Assembly: GCA_031400935.1 (NCBI GenBank)
Contig: JANNQV010000022.1
Location: forward strand, 1 to 64,000
DNA from: Armatimonadota bacterium
GTDB lineage: Bacteria > Armatimonadota > Fimbriimonadia > Fimbriimonadales > Fimbriimonadaceae
Direction of reading: 5' to 3'
DNA length: 64,000 nt
Of the stretch, positions 1 to 9,792 are shown one piece after another. Positions within the stretch are counted from its first letter, which is position 1. The number at the start of each line of letters is the position of its first letter. The translations under genes and the position numbers were made by a program. The notes beneath the pieces are model-generated. The model was not told where the DNA came from, did not search any database, and saw only the letters and a program-made list of their open reading frames with translations.

Positions 1-62
1 CTTGACCGCGCATCTATACATTTTTCAACCTTTCAAAGCGCGGTCAAGCCCGCGCACTCCCA
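1..62. repeat. REP-like doublet (TGGGAGTGCG...CGCTTT family), left copy cut by window edge
   Basis: CTTGACCGCGC at window start is inverted to GCGCGGTCAAG; right copy AAAGCGCGGTCAAGCCCGCGCACTCCCA shares its ends with copies at 15175-15438. Confidence 0.6.
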
Positions 63-75
63 GAAATTCCCAAAC

Positions 76-522
76 TTAGCGAATCGTCGAAGTTGAAGCC
101 AAAACTTGCTGAACCGATCCAACCTTCATTCGCTTGGCAATCAGCTCTTTTCGGCCCTTAGCTGCCGAACCTTCGCACCCAAAGAACTTGTAGCCCTCGC
201 CCGCAACAAATACCTTGAACTTGGCAGCAAGCCCCTTTTCATTGCAGCATCCCTTGTCGCCCTTTGCCATTACTTTGACCGGAGTTGATTTGCAGCAAGA
301 TTCTTTGCCTTCTGCTTTCCCCGCCATCTTCTCGGCTTCTTGCATAAACTCGACTTCAGCACTCATAGCTTCTCCGCCGCATTTGGAAGCAGATTTAGCT
401 TCCTTGCTGCATGTTTCAGCTTGAGCATAGGTCTTCTTGGCTGCTTCTTTCTTGGGGCAACAATCTTGGGCAAATGCGGAAGCACATGCTAAAGCGATAA
501 AAACTGATAGTACGATTTTCAT
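76..522 (-). CDS. Secreted Cys-rich hypothetical protein (148 aa), possible metal binder
   Basis: ATG at 522 with AAGGAG SD; signal peptide MKIVLSVFIALACASAFA; three CC pairs. Confidence 0.75.
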   Translation of the reverse strand: MKIVLSVFIALACASAFAQDCCPKKEAAKKTYAQAETCSKEAKSASKCGGEAMSAEVEFMQEAEKMAGKAEGKESCCKSTPVKVMAKGDKGCCNEKGLAAKFKVFVAGEGYKFFGCEGSAAKGRKELIAKRMKVGSVQQVLASTSTIR

Positions 523-609
523 GATTTCTCCTTTAGTAAGTTGATTATTACAAATTTTGAAGGGTTTTGGTTCCGTTATCAAACGAAAGATGCTTGGTTT
601 TTGAAAATT

Positions 610-767
610 TCCCCTTGGGGACTGTTGAGAAATGACTCCGAATGAGTCAAAGCCCAATAGCCCGGAGTCGAATCTGCGAGACTCCGGGTTCCAAGATTGA
701 CAGTCGCAGCACCCCGGAGGTGGTGCCAGAATCCAAAATCCGAGTTTCTCAACTGTCCCCAAGGGGA
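610..767. mobile_element. MITE-like element with 23-bp terminal inverted repeats and internal hairpins
   Basis: TCCCCTTGGGGACTGTTGAGAAA (610-632) vs TTTCTCAACTGTCCCCAAGGGGA (745-767), 1 mismatch; no transposase. Confidence 0.6.
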
Positions 768-820
768 TGCGAGCCCCGATCATGATTTTCACGAATAGAG
801 AATCCGGTAGAACTCTCATT

Positions 821-2182
821 GTGCAATCCATTGCGCTAGACAAGATTCAGGAAGCAACGGCTGGCACGAAGTTTGAAAAAGAACTTTGGCTGGTCGGCGG
901 AGCCGTGCGCGACAAACTGCTTGGGCGTCAAGAATCAAGCGATTTGGACATTGTTACGAAGCTAGATGCACTTGAGCTAGTCGGCTTTTTGAGATCTTCT
1001 GGAATCGTCGAAGGCGAACCCGTGACCTATGCTCGCTTTGGCACTGCCATGATTCGAGTCGCTGGTTCAACTATTGAGCTTGTCCAGGCTCGAAAAGAGA
1101 GTTACAACTCTGAATCCCGGAAGCCTGACGTCGAAAAGGCGACTCTTTTGGAGGACGCCAAGCGAAGAGATTTCACCGTAAACACGCTTCTAAAGAACAT
1201 TCATACGGGGGAAATGTTGGACTTGCTGGACCGAGGAATGGACGACTTGCAAGCCAAAGTTCTGCGAACTCCACTTGATCCTCAGGCGACCTTTTTCGAC
1301 GATCCTTTGCGAATGTTACGGGCAGTCCGCTTCAAATGGAAGCTGGGTTTTGAATTTGCGGAAGGGCTTTCTGAAGCTATTCAAAAAGAATCTCATCGCC
1401 TAAAAGTTGTAAGCGCAGAACGCATCCGCGAAGAGTTCGAGAAAATTCTCCTAGGTCCAAATCCTGATCTAGCCCTGAACGATTTGATGGATTTGGGGCT
1501 ACTAATGCAATTCTTGCCTGAGTTCGTGGCTATGAAAGGTGTGGATCAAGGACATTTTCATCATTTGGATGTTTGGGATCACACGCTGCTTGTCTTGAAA
1601 AACGCCGCGACAAACGACCTTGTACTAGCGCTTGGATGCTTGTTGCACGACATTGGCAAGCCAGCGACAAAGAGCATTGATGAACAGGGCGCAACGCGGT
1701 TTTTCAGCCATGAGACGATAGGTGCAGAAATGGCAAAGCAAATGCTGCTCAGGATGAAATTTTCGAGTACGACTGCTGAAAATGTCTCGCTGTTGGTGAA
1801 AAATCACATGCGCTTAGGTTCGTGGGAGTCGCCAACTCCAAGCGCAGCAAGGCGGCTGGTTCGTGACCTTGGCGAGCATCTTGACCCACTTCTTGCCCTG
1901 ATTGAGGCGGATACAATGTCGCTCCGTCCAGGCGTAAAGGTGATGGAACTAGCTTCGATCAAGTCGCTAATTGCCCACGTCCGCACGATTACTCCGGCAA
2001 GCGAACTTGAAAGCCCCCTTTCCGGAGAGGAGATCATGTCGGAACTGGGGCTTGAACCCGGCCCTGAAGTAGGCAGGATCAAGGCATGGCTAACAGATTT
2101 GGTGATCGAGGGGGAGATTGAGGTTGGTGATAAAACAGCAGCCATCGGGCGGCTAAGGCAAAAATCAGCAGATTCGCCATAA
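821..2182 (+). CDS. cca: CCA tRNA nucleotidyltransferase (class II, HD domain)
   Basis: VGGAVRD..DLD, RRDFTVN, DDPLRMLRAVRF, LLHDIGK; probable GTG start at 821. Confidence 0.9.
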   Translation: MQSIALDKIQEATAGTKFEKELWLVGGAVRDKLLGRQESSDLDIVTKLDALELVGFLRSSGIVEGEPVTYARFGTAMIRVAGSTIELVQARKESYNSESRKPDVEKATLLEDAKRRDFTVNTLLKNIHTGEMLDLLDRGMDDLQAKVLRTPLDPQATFFDDPLRMLRAVRFKWKLGFEFAEGLSEAIQKESHRLKVVSAERIREEFEKILLGPNPDLALNDLMDLGLLMQFLPEFVAMKGVDQGHFHHLDVWDHTLLVLKNAATNDLVLALGCLLHDIGKPATKSIDEQGATRFFSHETIGAEMAKQMLLRMKFSSTTAENVSLLVKNHMRLGSWESPTPSAARRLVRDLGEHLDPLLALIEADTMSLRPGVKVMELASIKSLIAHVRTITPASELESPLSGEEIMSELGLEPGPEVGRIKAWLTDLVIEGEIEVGDKTAAIGRLRQKSADSP

Positions 2183-2189
2183 TCTTCTC

Positions 2190-2954
2190 ATGTTGCTTGA
2201 AGGGAAAAAGGGGCTGGTTCTTTCTGTAACCAACGACAAGTCCATCGGATGGGCGATTGCCGACGTAGTCAACCAAAACGGCGCTCAGGTCATGATAGGC
2301 GGGCAGAACGACCGAATGCTCGAGCGAATCAATCCGCTTATTGAAGGCCGAGAAGGAATGTCGAGCGTCGCTTGCGATTTTCAGAACGAAAACGAACTTG
2401 AAAATCTTGCAGCGACTATTCAGGAAAGATTTGGCAAGCTGGATTTTTTCGTGCATTCCGCCGCATTTGCCAATCGTGAAGACCTTTCTGGCAGATTTAT
2501 TGACACAAGCCGCGACGGATTCTCGCTTGCCCTTCAGATTTCAGCATATTCATTGGTTGCAGTTTGCAAAACCCTAGAGCACTTATTCAATGAGGACGCC
2601 AGCGTGATTGCCCTCAGCTATCTTGGAAGTACGAGAACCGTAGGAAATTACAACGTCATGGGGGTTGCAAAAGCAGCGCTTGAATGCAGCGTTCGGTATT
2701 TGGCGACAGACCTTGGTGTGAGCGGAATTCGGGTGAACACCCTCTCTCCCGGGCCGGTAAATACCGTTGCAGCAAGAGGCGTCAAAGGCCTGCTCGATAT
2801 GATTGACTACGTCCATGAAAAAGCTCCGTTGAAACGACGATTCGGGCAGTACGAGGTTGCAGGTTCGGCGATGTATTTGCTTAGCGACCTGAGCAAAGGC
2901 GTAACGGGTCAGCTGATCTACGTTGACAGCGGATACAACGTTGTCGGTATGTAA
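2190..2954 (+). CDS. fabI: Enoyl-ACP reductase
   Basis: LEGKKGLV..SIGWAIA, YNVMGVAKAALE, TGQLIYVDSGY. Confidence 0.95.
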   Translation: MLLEGKKGLVLSVTNDKSIGWAIADVVNQNGAQVMIGGQNDRMLERINPLIEGREGMSSVACDFQNENELENLAATIQERFGKLDFFVHSAAFANREDLSGRFIDTSRDGFSLALQISAYSLVAVCKTLEHLFNEDASVIALSYLGSTRTVGNYNVMGVAKAALECSVRYLATDLGVSGIRVNTLSPGPVNTVAARGVKGLLDMIDYVHEKAPLKRRFGQYEVAGSAMYLLSDLSKGVTGQLIYVDSGYNVVGM

Positions 2955-2970
2955 TCCCGTCTTGTGATTT

Positions 2971-3855
2971 ATGGGAATTCGCGTTTTGACCGTGCCGCAA
3001 TGGTCGTTTGGGCGCGACAGAATTCTTTTGGCTGCGTTATCAGATTTGCTTGCCGAATCGAACTGCAAAACGCACTTTTGCGCTTCAAATGTAGACCATA
3101 ACCGGACAGTGACAGCGTTTTCGGGCGATTTCGAAGAGGTCGTTCAGATCATCGAGAAGATGGCAGAAAATTGCCTGCCTTCGATTGATTTGAACCGGCA
3201 TACAGGAAGCCATCCCAGGATCGGGGCGTTAGACGTTTGCCCATTTGTGCCTTTGGAATTTGAGCCTAGTATCCAGGCTGACTTGCACTTGCGGCACTAT
3301 GTGCACGAACTTGCAAAGAAATTGGGAAATCAATATGAAATTCCGGTCTATCTTTATGAAAAATCGGAAATTGGACCGAAAGAATCTGAACTTTCCGCAT
3401 TGAGAAAGGGTGGCTTTGGCGGACTTATCGGAAGAAAGCTTTGCCCCGATTTTGGACCAGAAATTGCCCATCCGCAATGGGGAGTTGCAACTATTGGTAT
3501 TCGAGATTTCCTGGTTTCTGCTGCTGTCAATTTGAAGAACGATGACGGAACGCAGGCTCGCCGCATCGTGCGCCTAATTCGGTACGCTCGGATGGAAGGC
3601 GACGAGCGATTTATGGGAGTTCGCGTTATGGCAATGCCACTTCCAACTTTGAATCAAATGCAAATTAAGTTCGATTTAACAATGCCGGATCAAACAAAAG
3701 TGGATCAAGTGATTGACCTGATTTTAAGAGAAGCTACTTCCAACGGAGCTACGTTGGGTGGGACCGAGTTGTTCGGCCCCATTCGTCCTGTTGATGTGCC
3801 TTATGCAACCCGGGTCAAGATTGACGAGAATCAAGTTGTCGAGGGCGCAGCTTGA
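2971..3855 (+). CDS. Glutamate formimidoyltransferase (FTCD N-terminal-domain family)
   Basis: DHNRTV, IDLNRHTGSHPRIGALDVCPFVP, IPVYLY..S, PDFGP. Confidence 0.8.
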   Translation: MGIRVLTVPQWSFGRDRILLAALSDLLAESNCKTHFCASNVDHNRTVTAFSGDFEEVVQIIEKMAENCLPSIDLNRHTGSHPRIGALDVCPFVPLEFEPSIQADLHLRHYVHELAKKLGNQYEIPVYLYEKSEIGPKESELSALRKGGFGGLIGRKLCPDFGPEIAHPQWGVATIGIRDFLVSAAVNLKNDDGTQARRIVRLIRYARMEGDERFMGVRVMAMPLPTLNQMQIKFDLTMPDQTKVDQVIDLILREATSNGATLGGTELFGPIRPVDVPYATRVKIDENQVVEGAA

Positions 3856-4952
3856 GATTCGATTTGGGAATATTGGGCGGGGGGCAACTTGCTCGCATGA
3901 CGATAATGGCAGCGCAACGGATGGGATATTCGTGCCTTTCGCTTGATCCAGACGAGAATTCACCCGCTTCACAAATCGCTCGCAATGTGATTGCGAACTT
4001 GGATGACTCAAATGCCATTGCCGAGGTCATTGATAAATGCGAATTTGTAACGCTGGAAAACGAGTTCATTCCGGCGATGGCGATTCGAGAGGCTTTCTCG
4101 AAGTGCGGAGCACCAGAATCGAATCTAATTCCCGGAATTGAAACACTTGCGACGATACAAGACAAGCTCAAGCAGCGTCAGGTTCTAATATCTGCAGGCA
4201 TTACATGTCCAAAAGCTGTTCCGATCGAAAATGAAGGTGTGCATGCAATTGCAGAACTTGGCTTTCCATTAGTTCTGAAATCGAGATTTGGGGGATACGA
4301 CGGCAAGGGCGTTCGTGTAGCGCGAACTTTTGATGAATTTGAAACCCACCGAAGCGATTGGTCCGGTGGTGGTTGGCTGGTGGAAGAATTTGTTGATTTC
4401 AAACGTGAATTGGCGGTTATGGTTTATGTGACTCCTAATTCAATTGGAGCATTCCCAACTATGGAAACTGTCCAAACGAATGCGGTTTGCGACTATGTTT
4501 TTCCTGCTGGCATTGACGCCTCAGAAGTTGCAATCTCAGCCGTCAAAGCAATTGGTTCAATCGGATTATTTGGCGTCGAACTATTTGAAACTAGTTCTGG
4601 CTCGATTCAGGTAAATGAGATCGCTCCTCGGCCTCACAACACAGGCCACTTCACTCTGGATTGGGGAGGTGTTTCCCAATTCGAACAGCACGTAAGAGTT
4701 GTCATGGGCTTGCCGCCGATGGTTCCTGTTGGAGGAGATTGCTGCATGGCGAACCTACTTGGGCAGTCAGAAAATGACGACTTTCGCGCTGGAATTCGGG
4801 CCGCCATGAACATAGATTCAGAAGCAAAGATACATTGGTATGGAAAATCAGAAAGCCGAAAAGGACGCAAAATGGGGCACATCAATATAAGTGGCTCCAA
4901 TTGTGTTGAGCGAGCGTTGGCTGCCCGTGTTGCTTTTTATGGATCCGTTTGA
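3852..4952 (+). CDS. purK: N5-carboxyaminoimidazole ribonucleotide synthase
   Basis: GILGGGQLARM, GGYDGKG, NEIAPRPHNTGH, SQFEQHVR, YGK..RKGRKMGHI. Confidence 0.95.
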   Translation: MRFDLGILGGGQLARMTIMAAQRMGYSCLSLDPDENSPASQIARNVIANLDDSNAIAEVIDKCEFVTLENEFIPAMAIREAFSKCGAPESNLIPGIETLATIQDKLKQRQVLISAGITCPKAVPIENEGVHAIAELGFPLVLKSRFGGYDGKGVRVARTFDEFETHRSDWSGGGWLVEEFVDFKRELAVMVYVTPNSIGAFPTMETVQTNAVCDYVFPAGIDASEVAISAVKAIGSIGLFGVELFETSSGSIQVNEIAPRPHNTGHFTLDWGGVSQFEQHVRVVMGLPPMVPVGGDCCMANLLGQSENDDFRAGIRAAMNIDSEAKIHWYGKSESRKGRKMGHINISGSNCVERALAARVAFYGSV

Positions 4953-5455
4953 GGGTCATTCTTCGATTCAGCCGAATCGGCGATTTTTAGGAGCATTTTT
5001 ACAAAGTCCTTCCTATCTCCCTTCTTTAGACCCTTAAGTAGATTTACTTCGACGCCCAACTTTATCGGCAAAGCGGCTATGGCGGCTTCTGTTCCTGGCT
5101 TTGTCAATCGCGCATAAGTAATCCTTTTGTCATCTTTTGAAGTAACTCGTTCCACCAATTTCTTTGCGACAAGTTGATCCATTCTGTTGGTCAGTGAGGC
5201 GGGAGTGATGTTTTGACGCTTTGCGAGGCTCGCCAAAGTTTCGCCCTGGGGGTCGTTTTGAAGGTGAAGTGCGAGAAGTACTTCGACGCCAGAAGAATTT
5301 ACTCCCAACGGCTCATAGGCTGTCTCATAAAGAGACTGAAGAATTATTGAAAGTCGAGCGACCGTAAAGCTAGCGGTCACGGCATTGCTGTCGCATTCAA
5401 CTCCGCTCAATTCTAGTTTAGAAACCCAATCTGATGCGTCGGTTCGGATAGACAT
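4937..5455 (-). CDS. MarR-family transcriptional regulator
   Basis: wHTH LASLAK..ITPASLTNRMDQL..LVER..DKR..LT. Confidence 0.85.
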   Translation of the reverse strand: MSIRTDASDWVSKLELSGVECDSNAVTASFTVARLSIILQSLYETAYEPLGVNSSGVEVLLALHLQNDPQGETLASLAKRQNITPASLTNRMDQLVAKKLVERVTSKDDKRITYARLTKPGTEAAIAALPIKLGVEVNLLKGLKKGDRKDFVKMLLKIADSAESKNDPQTDP

Positions 5456-5592
5456 ATAATTATTTTAACGTCAAAGCTATGCAATATCACAAACATTTTT
5501 CAATTTTTGCTAAGATTCCAACAAAAAGTGATTCAAAGTGATCGAATTGGCGGTCAATAGGCGTCCAGACTCGTAGGTATACAATACAAGTA

Positions 5593-6525
5593 ATGTTAAC
5601 AGCTCTTTGCCTTCTTTCAATCGCTCAATCAACCGTGAAGGTCACAACGATAAAAACCGTTGTGGGTGTAAATCCTGTGGCATACGCTCCTGCGCCAAAG
5701 GGTTCAAAATTCGTCGCATCATTAGAGAATTCAACTCTGAGAATTATCAACGCATCAGATCGAATGACGATTCGAACACTGGTTGGCCACCCCCAGCCCG
5801 CAATGGCGGTTGCTTGGAGTCCAAATGGAAAATTGATTGCAAGCGGCGATGAGTCCGGAAGAGTTTTCTTTTGGGATGCTTCTAGCGGAAAGAAAATTCG
5901 AGAAATGAGAACGCACACAAAGGGAGTTCACACTCTCTGTTTTAACGCTGCTGGAACCATTTTGCTTAGCACTGGAAAGGATGATACGCTTCGGTTCTAT
6001 TTTACAAGCACCGGCAAAGAGCAAAAAGTCGTTTATGGAAAGGGCGCGAATCTCTACGGCGCAAGATTCATGGCTGGAAGCAATAAGGTGATTCTAGGCA
6101 CGTTGGACGGCGGCGGAACTTGGCTGCTTTCTTCGTTCATTCGAACAAAAACACTTAACGCATCCATGAACGATAAAGGCGTATGGGATGTGGACGTTTT
6201 TGGCGGCAGAGCGGTCTCGGCCCAGCGTGAAGGCACCGCAGTTCTCTGGAACCTTTCAACAGGCGCTAAAATACAAACGCTGAAAGGGCATTTGGACTGG
6301 GTCACATTTGCGAGATTTTCGCCAAACGGCAAACTTGTGGCAACAAGTTCAACGGATCAAACTGTTCGAGTCTGGGATTCGTTCAGGGCTGTTTCTATCG
6401 CAAAGCTGGAAAATCAAACCCCTATAGGTTCTCCACTTTGCTTTACAGCTGATGGGAAATTTCTCATCACCGTGGCAAACGATAATTCAATGCAGGTGCA
6501 TTCAATTGCTGGAACGCGAAAATAA
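5593..6525 (+). CDS. Secreted WD40-repeat beta-propeller protein
   Basis: Repeated GH...WSPNGK..ASG..WD units; short signal peptide. Confidence 0.85.
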   Translation: MLTALCLLSIAQSTVKVTTIKTVVGVNPVAYAPAPKGSKFVASLENSTLRIINASDRMTIRTLVGHPQPAMAVAWSPNGKLIASGDESGRVFFWDASSGKKIREMRTHTKGVHTLCFNAAGTILLSTGKDDTLRFYFTSTGKEQKVVYGKGANLYGARFMAGSNKVILGTLDGGGTWLLSSFIRTKTLNASMNDKGVWDVDVFGGRAVSAQREGTAVLWNLSTGAKIQTLKGHLDWVTFARFSPNGKLVATSSTDQTVRVWDSFRAVSIAKLENQTPIGSPLCFTADGKFLITVANDNSMQVHSIAGTRK

Positions 6526-6601
6526 TCTAGTTGCGGTTTAAGTTTGAATTGGGATCCGTTTTGAAAAAGCAAATCAATGATAATTGGCTTATCTGAACCA
6601 G

Positions 6602-7666
6602 TTACATAGAAATTCTTGAAAGCGAAGCTTCCAAAATATCCGAAGTCTGCGCACTTACTGAATACACCATTGCCTCTCGAAAAATGCGTTGAGCCGGGTG
6701 CTTTGTACTGATCGCGGCCCCACCCCAAGCGATCACGCCAGAATGGGCACATTTTGCCGCCAATTGGATTGCCCAGGCACGAATTCTAAGCTTCTCGGGC
6801 GTTGTTTCGGCGTCAATGTCGGCGGGGATTGCGGTTGCGGCGATTCGGCAAGCATCCAATTCAGCTTGCAGTCTTCCGGCAGTTTCACGAATGGCTTCGA
6901 TGGGTTTTTTTTCGAAAGCTGAACGAACTTGATCCACCCCAGCTTGAGCGCATCCAAGCGCGAAATGCCCTTGCAAAACGATGTTGATCATATCGTTCTT
7001 GTTTGCCCAGCCTTCTGGCTTAATAAAAACTACTTTCTCATATGGCAAAAAGAGATTGTTTAGGATCGCCGAAACGGTTTGCGCGGCTTCCATCGCGGCA
7101 AGTTTCATCGGCTCCGAAAAATGGATTTGCTCCGATTCCACAAAGGGAGCAAACCCGTAAACCGCGCTGCCATCGGGCAAGGTGGCTCCGATCAGAAACT
7201 GGTGATAGAATCCAAATCCGGTGATCCATGGAGCCTGACCGTCAATTTGATATCCGCCTTCGACGGGAATTGCCCCGGTGATCGGCGGACCCGTTCGGCG
7301 AAGCTGGCTGAACCCGATTCCGCTCAAAAGTTCGCCGTTCGCCATTTTGGGGAGGTAGTCGTTCTTTAGCTCTTGGTTGTCGGATTTTGCGAGCATTCCG
7401 ACCGCGCTTTGATGCTGGGTCATCAAGAAGGAAAGTGCTCCCGAATACCTTGCAGACATCTCTTGAAACTGTCGAAACGCCTGTTCGCCGATACCCGGCC
7501 CGCCGTATTCCGCGGGGCGTCGAAGCGCCATAAGTTCTTGTCGGCACATTTCGTTTAGGGCAATTCGAAGGGCTTCAGGATCGCCGTCCATCGCTTCGGC
7601 GTTTGGTTGGACGTGTTCGAGGAAAAATATCTCCGCCTTTGCGAGCAATTCCGAATCGGAACCCAT
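6602..7666 (-). CDS. Acyl-CoA dehydrogenase family protein
   Basis: PAEYGG, YLPKMANGE, IDGQAPWITG, HPAQRIFREA; ATG at 7666 overlaps glyS stop (TGATG). Confidence 0.85.
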   Translation of the reverse strand: MGSDSELLAKAEIFFLEHVQPNAEAMDGDPEALRIALNEMCRQELMALRRPAEYGGPGIGEQAFRQFQEMSARYSGALSFLMTQHQSAVGMLAKSDNQELKNDYLPKMANGELLSGIGFSQLRRTGPPITGAIPVEGGYQIDGQAPWITGFGFYHQFLIGATLPDGSAVYGFAPFVESEQIHFSEPMKLAAMEAAQTVSAILNNLFLPYEKVVFIKPEGWANKNDMINIVLQGHFALGCAQAGVDQVRSAFEKKPIEAIRETAGRLQAELDACRIAATAIPADIDAETTPEKLRIRAWAIQLAAKCAHSGVIAWGGAAISTKHPAQRIFREAMVYSVSAQTSDILEASLSRISM

Positions 7667-9753
7667 CAAACTCCCTCGATTACAATTTTCGTTAGGTCGC
7701 CAGCCGTCAAGAGCGCATCGCAAGCCGCTTTTACAAGGGAAAGTCGGCTCACTTTCTCCTTGGCATCTTGGCTCATGATCATGGTGGAATCGAAAAATGC
7801 GTTGATGGGTCTCTCAAGGAACTTCACAGCAGAAACACGATCATTTGGGGCAGGATTTACATTGTCACCGGCTACGAGTTTCACAAAAATCTGCAGCGCA
7901 TCAGCAAGCGCCACCGCCTCGATCGAGTTTAAATCCGGTATGCACATGTTCTTGAGCGGCTCATCTTCATGAAACGACTCGCCCTTTTCTTTGGCCGATT
8001 TGAGAATATTCAACGGCCGGCTTGCGCTTTGAATAAACGCAACATCGCCAGCCAACTTTTCGACAACTGACAAACGGTACAAAACCTGCTTCGGATTCAT
8101 TGCCTTCCAACCATAATCTTCCATCACCGCCGCAGCGACTATGTCATGCCGATGATCCTCCAAAAGCGATTCAAATCTTCCTACAAAAATTGATTTGGCT
8201 GCTTGCTTGGCTCCTTCCACATCCAGCTCAACATCTTGACGTGCGTACATCGTCACCGCCACAGCGAGAAGACCCGCATAGTCAATATCCCAACGCTTCC
8301 AAGTTGCTTCGATGCAAAGAGTAGCCGCCCGCCGAAGGCCGAACGGATCGCTCGAACTGCTCGGAATCAATCCAAGACCCAAATATCCTGCCAGTTTGTC
8401 AACTTGATCGGCGAGAAGTACTCTTAGAGCAGTTCTTGATCGTGAGTCGTCATTCTCCAAGTTCTTTGAAAGGTCATACTGAGTGGCGTTTGCCCAGCAA
8501 ACTTCATCCGGAAAGCCCTCTCTTTTTGCATATTCTCCGCCCACGATTCCTTGAAGACTGGCAAGTTCGCCAACCAATCCGGAACTCAAATCTGCTTTGC
8601 AATACAGTCCAGCCGTTTTTGCAAAATCTGTTTCTTCAATACTTGCGCCCGTTTGCCCGGCAATCCATTCGGCCAAATTTGCAATTCGATCTGCGCGTTG
8701 CCGCACCGTACCGAGTTTCTCCTGAAAAGTGATTTGCTCGGTTTTGGCTAAAAAATCGGCGAGCTTGAACTTAGAATCCTCGTCGAAGAAGAACTTCGCA
8801 TCGTTGAAGCGGGCGTTGAGCACCCACTCAGTTCCAGCCCGAACTGTGTCGTCTTCTCCCGAATTTCTCACAAAAATGAACTTGTTAAGAATCTTTCCCT
8901 TACCGTCTCGCATGGGAAACATCTTTTCGTGCTTCGCCATGGCAGTCACTAAAACCGGCTCCGGCAACTCGAGATATTCAGCCTTGAACGAACCTTCGAT
9001 GGGCGTCGGCCATTCAGTAAGAAAGACGTTTTCGTCCACAAGGGCGGAAGGGAGATCGGGGATTCCAGTTGCAATTCTAGTGATGACTTCGCGGATCGTC
9101 GTTTCGCGCTCCTTTGGGTTTGGCTCCACTTTTCGGGTCATCAATTCAGTCAAAAAACTCTCGTATCCTTTGACCTCGAACTCTTCTGGCGAATAAAAAC
9201 GATGCCCTCTACTTGAAAGACTAGACTGAATTCCTTCGACATCAAAGGAAATCAATTTCAGGTCAAAGCAAGCTAAAATCCACCGAATCGGACGAGCAAA
9301 ACGCATCCGATTCGCACCCCAACGCATGGTTTTATCAAACGCCAAAGCTTTTATTGCAGCAGGCAGTATCTCTGCGAGAATCTCAATTGTCGGCCTTCCA
9401 CTGATCGTTTTTCTAACCCAAACGTAGCCTTCCCTCTTCTCTACGTTTGAGACTTCAATGCCCTGTCCTCGGCAGAACCCTTGCAAAGCCTTTGTTGGAT
9501 TCCCTTCTGTGTCAAATGCTCCGCCAAGCGCTGGCCCTCTCGATTCTTTCACTTGATCTGGCTGCGTTTCTGGAAGATCAACTAGGTGAATAATGAGCCT
9601 TCGGGGCGTGCCTATAGGTTCGTTTTTACACTTAAAAGATATGCCCTCTACAATCAATGCTTCTTCAACGTTGTTTTGCAGATCGGTATAGGCTTTGCGA
9701 ACGAACGTTGCTGGCAATTCTTCACAGCCAAGTTCGAGTAGGAGTTCGGGCAT
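7666..9753 (-). CDS. glyS: Glycine-tRNA ligase beta subunit
   Basis: LLLELGCEELP, TPRRL, MRWG..FARPIRWI, ARFNDAKFFF, SDPFGLRRAA. Confidence 0.97.
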   Translation of the reverse strand: MPELLLELGCEELPATFVRKAYTDLQNNVEEALIVEGISFKCKNEPIGTPRRLIIHLVDLPETQPDQVKESRGPALGGAFDTEGNPTKALQGFCRGQGIEVSNVEKREGYVWVRKTISGRPTIEILAEILPAAIKALAFDKTMRWGANRMRFARPIRWILACFDLKLISFDVEGIQSSLSSRGHRFYSPEEFEVKGYESFLTELMTRKVEPNPKERETTIREVITRIATGIPDLPSALVDENVFLTEWPTPIEGSFKAEYLELPEPVLVTAMAKHEKMFPMRDGKGKILNKFIFVRNSGEDDTVRAGTEWVLNARFNDAKFFFDEDSKFKLADFLAKTEQITFQEKLGTVRQRADRIANLAEWIAGQTGASIEETDFAKTAGLYCKADLSSGLVGELASLQGIVGGEYAKREGFPDEVCWANATQYDLSKNLENDDSRSRTALRVLLADQVDKLAGYLGLGLIPSSSSDPFGLRRAATLCIEATWKRWDIDYAGLLAVAVTMYARQDVELDVEGAKQAAKSIFVGRFESLLEDHRHDIVAAAVMEDYGWKAMNPKQVLYRLSVVEKLAGDVAFIQSASRPLNILKSAKEKGESFHEDEPLKNMCIPDLNSIEAVALADALQIFVKLVAGDNVNPAPNDRVSAVKFLERPINAFFDSTMIMSQDAKEKVSRLSLVKAACDALLTAGDLTKIVIEGV

Positions 9754-9792
9754 GGCAAAGTTTACCGTTTGAGTTCAGATCGCACTGATTGC

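Noticed and set aside
767..820. ORF-track start of cca at 767
   Set aside because: Begins at the edge of the TIR; GTG 821 fits better
523..843. N-terminal 107 aa of ORF 76..843
   Set aside because: Runs through the MITE-like element and the cca start; SD and signal peptide mark ATG 522 as the start
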